In this document: positions 31,131 through 42,138 of the stretch, piece after piece
Position numbering within the stretch: position 1 is the stretch's first letter
Layout of the letters: each line of letters opens with the position of its first letter
NCBI GenBank assembly: GCA_018650285.1
Contig: JABIGF010000002.1
Span: 57,991 to 121,990 of the forward strand
Origin: Methanobacteriota archaeon
GTDB lineage: Archaea; Thermoplasmatota; Poseidoniia; Poseidoniales; Thalassarchaeaceae
Direction: 5' to 3'
DNA length: 64,000 nt
Program-made: the position numbers and the translations under genes
Notes under the pieces: generated by a model
What the model saw: the letters and a program-made list of their open reading frames with translations, nothing else
What the model was told of the DNA's origin: nothing
The model's database searches: none

Positions 31131-32483
31131 TTATGTCCAATGCTTCCCATCCTCCGATGAACGTAATGTTGTCATCGCTTCAACAGTATCTAAGCCAAAT
31201 GATTTGAGAAGATTTCCTACAAGATATAGTGAGCCAATTGCGAGAATTGGTATATTGGCATCCTGTTGTGAAATTTCTAATGCCCTATGTATAGCAGAAT
31301 TAGGATCAGGGATTCTCTCAATTGCTGCAGAAACTCCTTGTGATTCTAATTCATTAGCTAATTTAGTAACTGAAATTGCCGGCCTTCTCCCTTTTTTAGG
31401 CTCAGTTACAATAATGTGTTCAACTTCACCTTCAACTATTAATTCTACAATTGGATTAAGAAATGCTACCAAATCAGTCTGTGGTGTGCATCCTAATACT
31501 ATGACTCCTGGAGTAGGGGCTTCATCCGATTCCATCTGTAATCGCAACTGATTACACATCTTTTCCATTCCACTTGGATTATGTGCGGCATCCAATAATA
31601 TCGGGACATCATGATGCTCTATCCATTGCACTCTTCCAGGCCAAACAGTATGAAGAAGAGCGCTTGGTATCATCATTGCCGCCTCACGGCAACCTAGCAA
31701 TGTTAATGCGGCATGAGCCAATATTGACGCTTCCTTATGATAAGGAGACCAATCACTTGGCATTGCGATATTTGGTATTGGCCTGTGACTCTCATCAGCA
31801 TCATCAAATCGTAATATAAGCGCCCTATCAGGGCGCCACCAAAAGCCCAATGAATGGTCGCTAACAGCGTCCTTAATTGCTTTTCTAGCCTCATTATCAT
31901 AGGTCCATTTGGCTAGAAATATTTCACCAGGCCGAGCAATAGCTGCCTTCTCAGCAGCAATTTCACCTAAAGTAGAACCCAATACATCGGTGTGTTCTAG
32001 AGCCAACTCAGTAAGAACACAACAATCCGCATGCACCATTCGAGTTGAGTCTAATCTACCACCAAGACCTGTTTCAATAACTGCACGGTCAACTCCAGCA
32101 TCGGCAAAAGCCAACATAGCAACCAAAAAAGTGGCCTCATAAAATGTTGGCATTGTAACTGGTTTTATTTGTGCTACATCCCTTATTCTTTGAAGATGCA
32201 AATCAAAAGATTGTGAAGAGATGGGTACTCCGTCTACTCTAACTCGTTCTTCTACAAAACAGAGATGTGGAGAAGTGAATAAACCGCAATTTACTCCAGA
32301 AAGTGATAAGGCATTGGCAATAATCACGCTTGTAGTGCCTTTTCCATTACTTCCAGCAACATGAATTGAAGGAAATTTTAGGTGAGGCATCTCTAGTCTG
32401 GCTAGCAGTACCCCAGTTGTCTCAAGATTTTGACGCATTCCAAGTGTTTTTAATTCCTGCAACCAAACTCTAACCTCACTCAC
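31131..32483 (-). CDS. folC: Folylpolyglutamate synthase/dihydrofolate synthase
   Basis: HVAGSNGKGT, FTSPHL, ETGLGGRLDST, WPGR, LDAAHNP, GSLYLVG. GTG start at 32483 has an upstream GGAGG. Confidence 0.9.
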   Translation of the reverse strand: MSEVRVWLQELKTLGMRQNLETTGVLLARLEMPHLKFPSIHVAGSNGKGTTSVIIANALSLSGVNCGLFTSPHLCFVEERVRVDGVPISSQSFDLHLQRIRDVAQIKPVTMPTFYEATFLVAMLAFADAGVDRAVIETGLGGRLDSTRMVHADCCVLTELALEHTDVLGSTLGEIAAEKAAIARPGEIFLAKWTYDNEARKAIKDAVSDHSLGFWWRPDRALILRFDDADESHRPIPNIAMPSDWSPYHKEASILAHAALTLLGCREAAMMIPSALLHTVWPGRVQWIEHHDVPILLDAAHNPSGMEKMCNQLRLQMESDEAPTPGVIVLGCTPQTDLVAFLNPIVELIVEGEVEHIIVTEPKKGRRPAISVTKLANELESQGVSAAIERIPDPNSAIHRALEISQQDANIPILAIGSLYLVGNLLKSFGLDTVEAMTTLRSSEDGKHWT

Positions 32484-32550
32484 CAAGACCCGCCTCCTTA
32501 ACCGTCTTGGGACCCTCTCTTTGAAATGGGTTTTCTCTCTCGCCTTGTGC

Positions 32551-34725
32551 ATGACAGAGCAGAGCCGCCTCGCTTCAGTGATGAATGAGATGGCCGACCA
32601 ATGGCGCTCAATGGGTGGCATGGCAGTAATGTTTGTTGGCACTATATTGCTCTCAATTTACATTCAACCGTTTTGGGACCGCCCTGAATCTAGAGCATTT
32701 GGAGAGGCTGGAACAACCAAAGTTGGATTGATTGGACTAGAATTTATTTTAATTCTGGTATTCACTGCTCTAATCATATGGTTGGCAAAACGAGGATTAC
32801 AAGTTATCATCAAATGGGGTGTTCTATTCATTCTATGGATTTCACTATCATACGCAATGATTCCACTTGCATCATATGCGATTGATATACCTCAACCAGA
32901 TGTAGATTATAGAGATGAAATGGCTTTAGATGCAGAAGTGCTATTCGTTGATCTCGACCCTTCATCATTCATAGTTACTAACGGAACTCATCTCATAAAA
33001 ATGAGTGAACCTAGTGGAATTGATAATGGTACATCTGCAGTAGAGGAATGGAATTTTTCACTCTATCGAGATGGAGGTTATCCTGGTGACGGAATAGGAA
33101 TCATAGATAATTTGGAAACATATGTAATGTGTGATGGCAGCCGTTGGCAGGAATTTGACAAATCTGATGGCACTCCATTAACAAGTCATGTCGATGTTTC
33201 ATGTGTTGAAGGATTTTCATCTGGAGATAACGACTGGGCTATCTATAACAAATATTTACAGAAAGTTGACCCATTCCATCCAAGTATTCCAAGCCATAGT
33301 TGGGCATATAATCTGCCAGAACAATTCAATTCAGGAGAATTTATTCAAGGAAGCATGCTAAATGAAAATACATTATTGCTAGTCTCTTATGGGTGGGCAG
33401 GCGTAATTGAAATACCAGATAGTCAACATAATGGCGAATTTGGTGATGTTAACGCTACCATTCTTTGGCAAACATTCCCTGATTCAGGCGACGCCTTTAG
33501 TGCATCCACCTTTGGCTATTCCCCTTGGAGTGGATACAATTGGTGGAATGCAAATTCAACCGACAGGATGTTAATGCTTGGAACCGAAAATGGACAACTC
33601 TACGGCTATGTTTGGGATGGCACAGAAATGAATGTTGAAAAACATATTAAATTCAATGAAAATGATGCGTTTGATTCTGTTATTCAAGGCATCATGCTTG
33701 GCGATGACCAGCGCGATGGAAGAATCGATGTGTGGGTTGCTAGCGGTGGCCAAACCCGTATGTTTTCAGGTTGGGTTATGGTTGAGAGTTTAACTATTGA
33801 AGGACCAGTTTCACAAGGCCCAATAGATATGATACTCCATACAATTGATGCACCAGCTTGGGATGAAATTGGCATTGAAGATGGAATCCTTACATCTTAT
33901 ACAGTAAATACATCTCATAGTGCAGTAGTAGCCACTCCCGTTAATCAACCAGCATTAATTCTACAAGATTCAACTGGTTATTGGATTCCTATTTACTGGT
34001 CTCAAATCATCGCATTAGTAGCATCAACTATCCTGATGATTGCTCTAACTATTAGACCAGAATGGTATGTGGTAAATACTACTGGAATACTAACTGGTGC
34101 AGGTGTAATCACAATAATTGGTGTTAGTTTTGTACCAACGCTCATAGTGATTTTCATGGTTGTTGCCGCGGTATACGATTACTATGCGGTTTACAAATCA
34201 AAACACATGCTAGATCTTGCCGACACGATGATTAGTCTCAAGCTTCCAATCCTGTTAGTAGCACCTCAAGACAAACAATACTCTTTCTTAGACGAAGGAG
34301 AAGATACCATGAGTAGAGTGGAAAATGATGTCGCTCCTAGTGCAAATAAGAAGGAGCGTAGCAAGAAGAGTGATGATGGTATACCTATGGCACCACCACC
34401 TTCTCCACGCCCAAAGAAGAGTGGAGGAGATGCCTTATTCATGGGTCTTGGTGATGTCATATTCCCTGGAATGCTAGTCATTTCAGCCCTTACCTTCCTT
34501 CCATCTGGTAGCACTTTCATGGGACTCGACGAGCCAATGTTTGTTGCTATCGGAACTTTGATTGGTGGCCTTATTGGCTACTTTGTACTAATGGGATATG
34601 TTGCCATGGGACGACCTCAAGCCGGTCTTCCATTATTGAATGGAGGAAGTATTCTTGGCTACCTAATCACTGGACTGCTTGCTATTGGAACAGGAGCCTT
34701 GTCCTTTGGCATTACAATATTCTAA
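32551..34725 (+). CDS. Presenilin/SPP-family (A22) intramembrane aspartyl protease with a large inserted soluble domain
   Basis: AVYDYYAVYKSKHM (YD), MGLGD (GxGD), QAGLPLLNGG (PAL-equivalent). Confidence 0.9.
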   Translation: MTEQSRLASVMNEMADQWRSMGGMAVMFVGTILLSIYIQPFWDRPESRAFGEAGTTKVGLIGLEFILILVFTALIIWLAKRGLQVIIKWGVLFILWISLSYAMIPLASYAIDIPQPDVDYRDEMALDAEVLFVDLDPSSFIVTNGTHLIKMSEPSGIDNGTSAVEEWNFSLYRDGGYPGDGIGIIDNLETYVMCDGSRWQEFDKSDGTPLTSHVDVSCVEGFSSGDNDWAIYNKYLQKVDPFHPSIPSHSWAYNLPEQFNSGEFIQGSMLNENTLLLVSYGWAGVIEIPDSQHNGEFGDVNATILWQTFPDSGDAFSASTFGYSPWSGYNWWNANSTDRMLMLGTENGQLYGYVWDGTEMNVEKHIKFNENDAFDSVIQGIMLGDDQRDGRIDVWVASGGQTRMFSGWVMVESLTIEGPVSQGPIDMILHTIDAPAWDEIGIEDGILTSYTVNTSHSAVVATPVNQPALILQDSTGYWIPIYWSQIIALVASTILMIALTIRPEWYVVNTTGILTGAGVITIIGVSFVPTLIVIFMVVAAVYDYYAVYKSKHMLDLADTMISLKLPILLVAPQDKQYSFLDEGEDTMSRVENDVAPSANKKERSKKSDDGIPMAPPPSPRPKKSGGDALFMGLGDVIFPGMLVISALTFLPSGSTFMGLDEPMFVAIGTLIGGLIGYFVLMGYVAMGRPQAGLPLLNGGSILGYLITGLLAIGTGALSFGITIF

Positions 34726-34774
34726 GAAATGAGTGAGTTAAAGAGAATAGATATTATCAGCGAGGTGAATAGAA

Positions 34775-36058
34775 ATGTTAGACATCAAAATGTTTCGTGA
34801 CCACGCAGATGTCATTCGTGCTGACCATGACAAAAGAGGAATTGCTCACGATAGCATTGACGAAGTAATCCGTCTTGATGAAGCGTGGAAGAAAACTCGC
34901 TACGATGCTGACCAACTCAGACGCCAACGGAACCAAGCGGCGAGAGGAATTGCTGAGGCAAAGAAAGCGGGCGATAGTACTGAAGCCGAAAGAATCCTTG
35001 CAGAAGTTGCAAGCCTTGGTGACCAAATTGACGAACTTGGCATTGAAGCAGATAACCTAGTCAATTCACGCGACACATTGCGTATGAAAATTCCAAACAT
35101 TCTCCACCAAAGTGTACCAGTTGGTGAAAATGAAGATGGGAACACATTACATAGCAAACATGGAGAAAAGGGTGAATACACATTTACTCCTAAAACACAC
35201 AACGAATTAGTTGATCAAAACAATTGGGTCGACTTACCACGCGCTGCCAAAATTGCTGGTAGCCGTTTCTACTTCCTCAAGGGAGACCTTGCCCGTATGG
35301 AATTAGCATTACAGCAGTATGCAATCGATTGCCTAACAGCAAAAGGATACACATTTGTTCAACCACCTGTAATGATGAACCGTTCTGCATATGAAGGCGT
35401 CACCGACTTAAGTGACTTTGAAACGGTCATGTACAATGTACAACCAGAAGGATTCTACACGATTGCTACTAGTGAACACCCACTCACTGCAATGTTCATG
35501 GATGAAGTGATTGAACCATCAATGCTACCTCTGAAAATGGTTGGAGTCTCACCATGTTTTAGACGCGAAGTTGGCGCTCATGGGCAATCAGATAAGGGAA
35601 TTTGGAGAGTTCACCAATTCACAAAGATTGAACAAATCATTATTTCAAAACCTGAAGATTCATGGGAATTACACGAAGAACTGCTCACTAATTGTGTAGA
35701 ACTATGGGATTCACTCGGACTGCATTATGAAGTTGTGAATATCTGTACAGGTGACATGGGAACTGTAGCGGCCAAGAAATACGACCTAGAAGCATGGCTT
35801 CCTGGTGTAGACGCCTACAAAGAAGTGGTTTCATGCTCTAATTGTACAGACTATCAAGCAAACCGACTTAGAATGCGTTACCGAACTGCTGAGGGGAATG
35901 AAGCGGTCCACACTCTAAATTCAACCGCTGTTGCAACAAGCCGAGCGCTAGTTGCTATTGTAGAGCAAAATCAAATGGAAGATGGATTAGTTCAGATCCC
36001 AGAAGTCCTTCAACCCTATATGCAAGGTCAAAAAGTACTACAATCATGTAAATGGTAG
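34775..36058 (+). CDS. serS: Seryl-tRNA synthetase
   Basis: MLDIK, ATSEHPL, CFRREVG, RVHQF, KKYDLEAW, SCSNCTDYQ, HTLN. Confidence 0.97.
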   Translation: MLDIKMFRDHADVIRADHDKRGIAHDSIDEVIRLDEAWKKTRYDADQLRRQRNQAARGIAEAKKAGDSTEAERILAEVASLGDQIDELGIEADNLVNSRDTLRMKIPNILHQSVPVGENEDGNTLHSKHGEKGEYTFTPKTHNELVDQNNWVDLPRAAKIAGSRFYFLKGDLARMELALQQYAIDCLTAKGYTFVQPPVMMNRSAYEGVTDLSDFETVMYNVQPEGFYTIATSEHPLTAMFMDEVIEPSMLPLKMVGVSPCFRREVGAHGQSDKGIWRVHQFTKIEQIIISKPEDSWELHEELLTNCVELWDSLGLHYEVVNICTGDMGTVAAKKYDLEAWLPGVDAYKEVVSCSNCTDYQANRLRMRYRTAEGNEAVHTLNSTAVATSRALVAIVEQNQMEDGLVQIPEVLQPYMQGQKVLQSCKW

Positions 36059-36077
36059 TAATGTTGCCACGAAATCC

Positions 36078-36103
36078 CAATTGGAAAATTAAATTTTCAA
36101 TTG
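36078..36103. terminator. Near-perfect AT-rich inverted repeat between convergent genes (putative bidirectional terminator)
   Basis: CAATTGGAAAATT-A-AATTTTCAATTG between serS and the biotin carrier gene. Confidence 0.4.
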
Positions 36104-36121
36104 AAAAATAAGGCTCCGATA

Positions 36122-36640
36122 TCACTCGGCGCTATCAATTTCAATGAGAACTGTTCCTTGTTCTACTTGATCGCCTTCAGAAAAATGAATTGCCGAGACA
36201 ACACCATCAACTGGAGAACAGATTCTATTCTCCATTTTCATAGCTTCAAGAATTAGAAGTGTTTGCCCTTCATCAACTGATTCACCAACAGAAGTCATAA
36301 CTGTCAAAATCTTACCAGGCATTGGAGAAGTTAATCCACCCATTTGGTCAAATGTATTGACCGCCCCCCTCTCTACGACAGAAACCTTGGAAGTATTTCC
36401 ATCATGGAATACCCACCATACATCGCCTACTTTGACAAGTATCATGCGTTCACTTCCTTCACCACGTTCAAGAATGATTTCTTCATTCTTTGATGTCGGT
36501 GATAATTGCCAACTTGAAAGGTCCAACAATTCACCTTCAACTTCAACATGAATTGGTGAATAACCTGCAACTGAATCCATTACTGCAACATCCCACTTGC
36601 TGTCGTCAGAATGATTGATGAATTCCGTCATAATATGCAC
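36122..36640 (-). CDS. Biotin carboxyl carrier protein subunit
   Basis: SPMPGKI and the EAMKME biotinylation motif. Confidence 0.92.
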   Translation of the reverse strand: MHIMTEFINHSDDSKWDVAVMDSVAGYSPIHVEVEGELLDLSSWQLSPTSKNEEIILERGEGSERMILVKVGDVWWVFHDGNTSKVSVVERGAVNTFDQMGGLTSPMPGKILTVMTSVGESVDEGQTLLILEAMKMENRICSPVDGVVSAIHFSEGDQVEQGTVLIEIDSAE

Positions 36641-36641
36641 C

Positions 36642-38183
36642 TCATGGATATCTCCTACCCAAAGTCATGAACGGATTGAACGGGTCTGGTGATTCACTGC
36701 TTCCACTTGTTGCTGTAGAAAGATGGAGTCCGGCTTTCTCCGCACAAGCAGCCCCAACAACTGCTGCCTCTACATCAGCATCCGAATCCCACCCATTCGG
36801 CCAATTTAATTCTATGAAATCAGTTGTCGTCGAGCCTTCAGAAAATTGCGAATGTATGATAACATCTCGCAAAAACTCCACATTTGTTGTCACACCTAGA
36901 ATGATGAATTCCTCTAATGCGCGAGCCATTCGCACAATTGCTCTCTCTCGGTCAGGTGCATGGACAATTAATTTCGCTAACATCGGGTCAAAATCAATAC
37001 TCGCAATATCGCCTTCGCGAACACCCGTGTCAAAACGAATACCAGGGCCTTCTGGTGGCCTAAATATTGCTAAAGGACCTGTTGAAGGTAGGAAACCATT
37101 TGCAGCATCTTCGGAATAAATTCTCGCTTCAATCGCCCAACCTCGTGGGAATATTTCTTCTTGAGTCATTGTCAACGGTAATCCTGAAGCTATTCGCAAT
37201 TGCTCTTGAACTAAGTCGACACCAGTTACAAGTTCAGTTACAGGATGCTCAACTTGGAGTCTTGTATTCATCTCCAAAAAGAAGAATTCATCACCCGATA
37301 ATAGAAACTCTACTGTGCCAGCACCAACATAGTTTACAGCCTTAGCAACATCAACTGCTGCTTCACCCATTCGTTGACGGAGATTATCCGAAACTGCCAA
37401 ACTTGGAGCCTCTTCAATTATTTTTTGATGCCTTCTCTGGATACTACATTCACGTTCCAATAGATGAATTGCGTCACCATGTGTATCACTCAAAATTTGT
37501 ATCTCAATATGGCGAGGGGATACAATTCTTCTCTCAATGTATACTGTATCATCTCCAAAGGCTGACTTCGCTTCACGTTGCGCTGCAAGATAAGATGCTT
37601 CCAAATCACCTGGCGATTCGACGTTTCGCATTCCTTTGCCACCACCTCCTGCTGATGCTTTGAGCAAGACAGGATATCCCACCTCACTAGCAACACGATG
37701 CAACTCTTTTACCGTTTCAGATAATGTATCCTGAGAAGATAACTCAGCACCGGGAACAAGAGGGATTCCAGCATCAATCATCAAACGGCGAGCCCTGATT
37801 TTATCACCCATTGATTCAATTGCTTTGGCTGGTGGACCTATCCAAATCACACCACTTGCTTCAACAAATTCAGCGAAATCTGCTCTTTCAGAGAGAAAAC
37901 CATAGCCGGGATGCAAGGCGTCAGCACCAGTCATCCTACATGCATTGATAATAGCGTTTTGAGAAAGATAGGTCGATGAAAGGTCACGCCCTTCTAAGTG
38001 GACGGATTCATCAGCTAATTCGACATGCATCGCACCAATGTCAGCATCATTATGAATTGCCACGGTTGCTAAACCCATCTCCTTACAGCCTCTAATGACT
38101 CTACAAGCAATTTCACCACGATTAGCAATCAACACTTTGCTAAACTTGAATGGCGCAGATGCAATCCAGTCTGGTAAAGTCAT
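36642..38183 (-). CDS. Biotin carboxylase subunit (probable methylcrotonyl-CoA carboxylase alpha, N-terminal part)
   Basis: ANRGEIA, HPGYGFLSE, GGGGKGMR, RECSIQRRHQK, EMNTRLQVEHPVTE. Confidence 0.93.
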   Translation of the reverse strand: MTLPDWIASAPFKFSKVLIANRGEIACRVIRGCKEMGLATVAIHNDADIGAMHVELADESVHLEGRDLSSTYLSQNAIINACRMTGADALHPGYGFLSERADFAEFVEASGVIWIGPPAKAIESMGDKIRARRLMIDAGIPLVPGAELSSQDTLSETVKELHRVASEVGYPVLLKASAGGGGKGMRNVESPGDLEASYLAAQREAKSAFGDDTVYIERRIVSPRHIEIQILSDTHGDAIHLLERECSIQRRHQKIIEEAPSLAVSDNLRQRMGEAAVDVAKAVNYVGAGTVEFLLSGDEFFFLEMNTRLQVEHPVTELVTGVDLVQEQLRIASGLPLTMTQEEIFPRGWAIEARIYSEDAANGFLPSTGPLAIFRPPEGPGIRFDTGVREGDIASIDFDPMLAKLIVHAPDRERAIVRMARALEEFIILGVTTNVEFLRDVIIHSQFSEGSTTTDFIELNWPNGWDSDADVEAAVVGAACAEKAGLHLSTATSGSSESPDPFNPFMTLGRRYP

Positions 38184-38189
38184 GCTTTC

Positions 38190-39059
38190 TCAATCCTCAT
38201 TCTTCCATGCTGCTGGCCGACGTTCAATGAACGATGAAAGCCCTTCTTGTCCTTCTTCGGAACCGCGCATCTGAGAGGTTTTGTCAAGTGTCCACTGTCG
38301 TAATTCTTCATCACTACCTTGCCATCTATCAAAGGTCAAAATCAACTTCTTTGCTTCAGAAACAGCCATCGGCCCAGTTGAAAGGACTTCAGAAACGATT
38401 CCTTGGATTGCATCGCTAAAATCATCATGAGAATCTACACACTGATCAATCATGCCAATTCGAAGAGCTTCATCTACAGCAATTCTGCTAGCCAACATAG
38501 CGAGCCTTCGAGTTTGTGCGCTACCCAATCTACGGTAAACATACGGCCCAATTACAGCGGGTAAAATTCCAAGTTTTCCTTCTGATAATGCAATTCTAGT
38601 CTTTTCTTCACCAATTACATGGTCTAAACAAGCAACCAATCCTGCGCCACCACCAAGAGCAACTCCTTGAACTGCTCCAATAGTAAAACAGGGATGTGAC
38701 CACAATGTGTTGAAAAGGCGGTCAAGTCGTGCTGCATCGGCCCGATTTTGTTCTGCTGTTTGAGCCCCTGATGCTTGCATCCAACCAATATCTGCTCCGG
38801 CGCAGAAATGTTTACCCGCACCACGCATCACTATTACACGAAGATATGGAGCACCGTTTCCATCGTTTAATTCTCCGCGCTCGCCTACTGAACGCTCAGT
38901 ACACCAATCAAGCAAATCACATAACTCACCAATGAGTTCTGGACTCAAAGCATTGAACACATCTTCTCGTTGCAAAGTGAGGTAAGCAATTGGCCCTTCA
39001 ATTGAAAGGGAACATAAGCCTGTTTCAGGCAATAATTCTTCAATTGAAAATTTAATCAT
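38190..39059 (-). CDS. Methylglutaconyl-CoA hydratase-like enoyl-CoA hydratase
   Basis: FCAGADI, LSEGKLGILPAVIGPYV; located between MCC subunits. Confidence 0.85.
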   Translation of the reverse strand: MIKFSIEELLPETGLCSLSIEGPIAYLTLQREDVFNALSPELIGELCDLLDWCTERSVGERGELNDGNGAPYLRVIVMRGAGKHFCAGADIGWMQASGAQTAEQNRADAARLDRLFNTLWSHPCFTIGAVQGVALGGGAGLVACLDHVIGEEKTRIALSEGKLGILPAVIGPYVYRRLGSAQTRRLAMLASRIAVDEALRIGMIDQCVDSHDDFSDAIQGIVSEVLSTGPMAVSEAKKLILTFDRWQGSDEELRQWTLDKTSQMRGSEEGQEGLSSFIERRPAAWKNED

Positions 39060-39072
39060 TGCAATTGCTCCT

Positions 39073-40683
39073 TCACATTCTGAAAACGCCATAATCTGTA
39101 TCGGGGAATGGACCATTCAACGCTGCAGAAATACTCAATCCAAGTATGTCACGAGTATCTCTTGGATCAATTATTCCATCATCCCACAATCGGGCAGTAG
39201 CATAGTAAGGTGAACCTTCAAATTCATACTTATCAAGAATTGGCCTTTGGAAATCCTCCAACTCATCCCCCTCCATATCGGGTTTACCTTCTCTTGCTCT
39301 CTGGTCCTGCTTCACCGTCGTCAATACACTCGACGCTTGAGGGCCACCCATGACTGAAATCCTTGAATTGGGCCACATGAAAAGGAAACGAGGGTCATAT
39401 CCTCGTCCACACATCGCATAATTCCCTGCGCCATGGGAGCCGCCAATAATTACTGTAAACTTGGGCACTGGAGCGCAAGCGACTGCTGTCACCATTTTCG
39501 CGCCATCTTTGGCAATACCGCCTGCTTCGTATTCACTTCCAACCATGAAACCAGTAATATTCTGTAAGAAGACAATTGGGGTTCCACGTTGACCACATAA
39601 TTCTATGAAATGTGCCGCTTTGAGAGCAGATTCGGAAAATAATATTCCATTATTTGCTACAATTCCAACCGGATACCCATGAATCCTTGCAAAACCACAG
39701 ACAATAGTTGTACCATAACGAGCTTTGAATTCATGGAATCTAGAACCATCGACGATACGAGATATTACTTCCCTTACATCGTAAGGCATTCGATTATCTT
39801 CAGGAATTATTCCCAACAACTCTTCTGGGTCATGATGTGGTGGTTCTGGAGTAGATACATCCAATCCAACTTTGTATGGAGGTGGGAGGTTCTCCACAAT
39901 ATTACGGACTATCCTCAATGCTTCGGATTCATCTTCTGCATAATGATCTGCAACACCAGATTTCAGAGTATGAACATCCGCACCACCCAACTCTTCTGCT
40001 GTGACCTCTTCACCTGTTGCAGCTTTGACAAGTGGCGGACCACCAAGGAAGATTGTCCCATTACCCTTGACAATGATAGATTCATCACTCATAGCAGGAA
40101 CATAGGCGCCACCAGCCGTACAAGAGCCTAGAACTGCGGAAATCTGCGGGATTCCTTTTCCACTCATTATTGCTTGATTGTAAAAAATTCTTCCAAAATG
40201 GCCACGGTCAGGGAAAACATCATCCTGCATTGGCAAGAATGCCCCGCCTGAATCAACTAGGTAAATGCAAGGAAGAGCGTTCTCTTCGGCTATACTTTGG
40301 GCTCGGATGTGTTTTTTGACGGTGAGTGGATAATATGAGCCACCTTTGATGGTTGCATCGTTTGCTACAAACATGCATTCTCGCCCGTGAACCATGCCAA
40401 CCCCCGTTATCACTCCGGCACTGTGAGCGTTGCCATCATAGAGGCCGTTAGCCGCTAAAGGACTTAATTCAAGAAAGGCCGTACCTGGGTCACAAATTGC
40501 TGCAATTCGCTCTCTCGCTAACATCTTGTTGCGGCTTCTATGGCGTTCGACATATTTGCCACCACCACCCTCTTGAACTGCGTTCAACCGGCCTTCTAAA
40601 GTTGCAATCAGAACACGATTGTGTTCCAAATTTACACCATACTGTTCATCGCCAGTTCGCACTGAAGTAGGCAGTCTATCCAT
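39073..40683 (-). CDS. Methylcrotonyl-CoA carboxylase beta (carboxyltransferase) subunit
   Basis: [51 protein letters not shown]. Confidence 0.93.
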   Translation of the reverse strand: MDRLPTSVRTGDEQYGVNLEHNRVLIATLEGRLNAVQEGGGGKYVERHRSRNKMLARERIAAICDPGTAFLELSPLAANGLYDGNAHSAGVITGVGMVHGRECMFVANDATIKGGSYYPLTVKKHIRAQSIAEENALPCIYLVDSGGAFLPMQDDVFPDRGHFGRIFYNQAIMSGKGIPQISAVLGSCTAGGAYVPAMSDESIIVKGNGTIFLGGPPLVKAATGEEVTAEELGGADVHTLKSGVADHYAEDESEALRIVRNIVENLPPPYKVGLDVSTPEPPHHDPEELLGIIPEDNRMPYDVREVISRIVDGSRFHEFKARYGTTIVCGFARIHGYPVGIVANNGILFSESALKAAHFIELCGQRGTPIVFLQNITGFMVGSEYEAGGIAKDGAKMVTAVACAPVPKFTVIIGGSHGAGNYAMCGRGYDPRFLFMWPNSRISVMGGPQASSVLTTVKQDQRAREGKPDMEGDELEDFQRPILDKYEFEGSPYYATARLWDDGIIDPRDTRDILGLSISAALNGPFPDTDYGVFRM

Positions 40684-40730
40684 GTCGACCCATAGGGTCG
40701 AACTCAAACAGGTGTTTGAACGGTGCGGCG

Positions 40731-42083
40731 TCAGACACCCAACATAAGCCGTCCTAGGTCCCTAAGACCAGGTGCGAGACCTACTGTCAATAAACCTAGA
40801 ACAATCAACAAACGGAGGTGTAATTGGCGTTTTTCGAATCGCCATTCGGCAAAAAATAAGACGACCACAAAAGCAAGTATGCACTTGACAAGCAAAAATG
40901 CCCAGCCACCACCAGAACCGCCATCTGTGCCGCCCCCAAGTTGCATCACTAATTCTGATAATACATGTTTTTCTGAGTAGCCAAAAATATCAACTCCCAT
41001 CCATGATGCAAAACCATCAACGAGTTGCCCATAAACTGCCAAGAGTACTATTGGATTTGCGTAAGCGGCACGCCTGACTAAGACTTCGTGTGCCTCATGC
41101 TCTTCACCCTCAAAGGCTTCCCACTGACTGAGTGTCACTCCATCTTGAAGAATACCTGGAATCTCACCTTGTCCGGTTAGTGTCTCCCACGCAGATAGGC
41201 CACGATGCCTAAATGTTTGAACAAATAAAATTGGAACAAAGAGAACTATGAGTGCTGGCCACAGAATTAATTCTCCAGCAGCTTGGCGTTCACTTGCAAA
41301 TCCAAGAAGACTTGTTAGCGCCAATACAGATGAACCGCTTCCAGTAATAAAAATGGTTTTTTCCAATTGCCCCCAACTCTTGAAGCAATTATGAAAAACA
41401 GTATTTTCGGCTTCAAAGAGATACCAGAAAAGGGGAGTAGAAACGATAAATATAACAATTATTTCAACTGCACTGAAATCATAGAACAATACTATTTGTG
41501 CAATGATTACGATTATGGCAGGATAGTATCGAATTAATCCAGGTTGTTCAGCCATCGGATCAGAACGTTTCTGCATCAAAGAAAGGAAACCAACAAGCAA
41601 TATCCAGCCTGCAGCTTGGAAATGAATTATTGGTGAAACAAACCATGAATCCACGTTTGCAGCAAAGAGAGCAGCATCTTCGTGAACTTCTACAAACACT
41701 GCCCAAAGAACCCAAGGGAGAAGGGAGTAGAGCATACGGTCATCACTCGGCACACCCCATTTTCGCAGCATTGCAGAGAGTGTTACGATGAATGATACAA
41801 GAAGAACCCCATAAGCCACAGTATCAACTGGATTGTAACTTGAATCCCCACCACCTTCACCAATAATTGGTTGAACAATATTTACGTCAATAATATCCCA
41901 AATAGCCCAATAGTCAGTAAAATGTCCAAGAAGATAACCCACACCAGGTAATGCCAAACCTAGGCCAATAATCACCATTGATATTAATTCGTAAAGAGCG
42001 AATTCATTGTCAGGTATTGGTAAAGTGGGTTCTACATCTGCCACTTCATCAGAGGACTCTGTCTCCTCTTTGTCAAGACTCAT
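40731..42083 (-). CDS. DUF63-family archaeal membrane protein
   Basis: [35 protein letters not shown]. Confidence 0.75.
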   Translation of the reverse strand: MSLDKEETESSDEVADVEPTLPIPDNEFALYELISMVIIGLGLALPGVGYLLGHFTDYWAIWDIIDVNIVQPIIGEGGGDSSYNPVDTVAYGVLLVSFIVTLSAMLRKWGVPSDDRMLYSLLPWVLWAVFVEVHEDAALFAANVDSWFVSPIIHFQAAGWILLVGFLSLMQKRSDPMAEQPGLIRYYPAIIVIIAQIVLFYDFSAVEIIVIFIVSTPLFWYLFEAENTVFHNCFKSWGQLEKTIFITGSGSSVLALTSLLGFASERQAAGELILWPALIVLFVPILFVQTFRHRGLSAWETLTGQGEIPGILQDGVTLSQWEAFEGEEHEAHEVLVRRAAYANPIVLLAVYGQLVDGFASWMGVDIFGYSEKHVLSELVMQLGGGTDGGSGGGWAFLLVKCILAFVVVLFFAEWRFEKRQLHLRLLIVLGLLTVGLAPGLRDLGRLMLGV

Positions 42084-42138
42084 TGTATCGCCGACAAGGT
42101 ACTCACGAATGAGGTTTCACCAATTTGAATGGGAGGAA

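Noticed and set aside
32484..32642. Apparent head-to-head overlap of folC and presenilin ORFs
   Set aside because: An artefact of longest-ORF calling; better starts at 32483 and 32551 leave a normal divergent promoter.
36122..40683. Biotin carboxylase cluster as a carbon-fixation pathway
   Set aside because: MCC-beta motifs and the intervening methylglutaconyl-CoA hydratase indicate ordinary leucine/isoprenoid catabolism.
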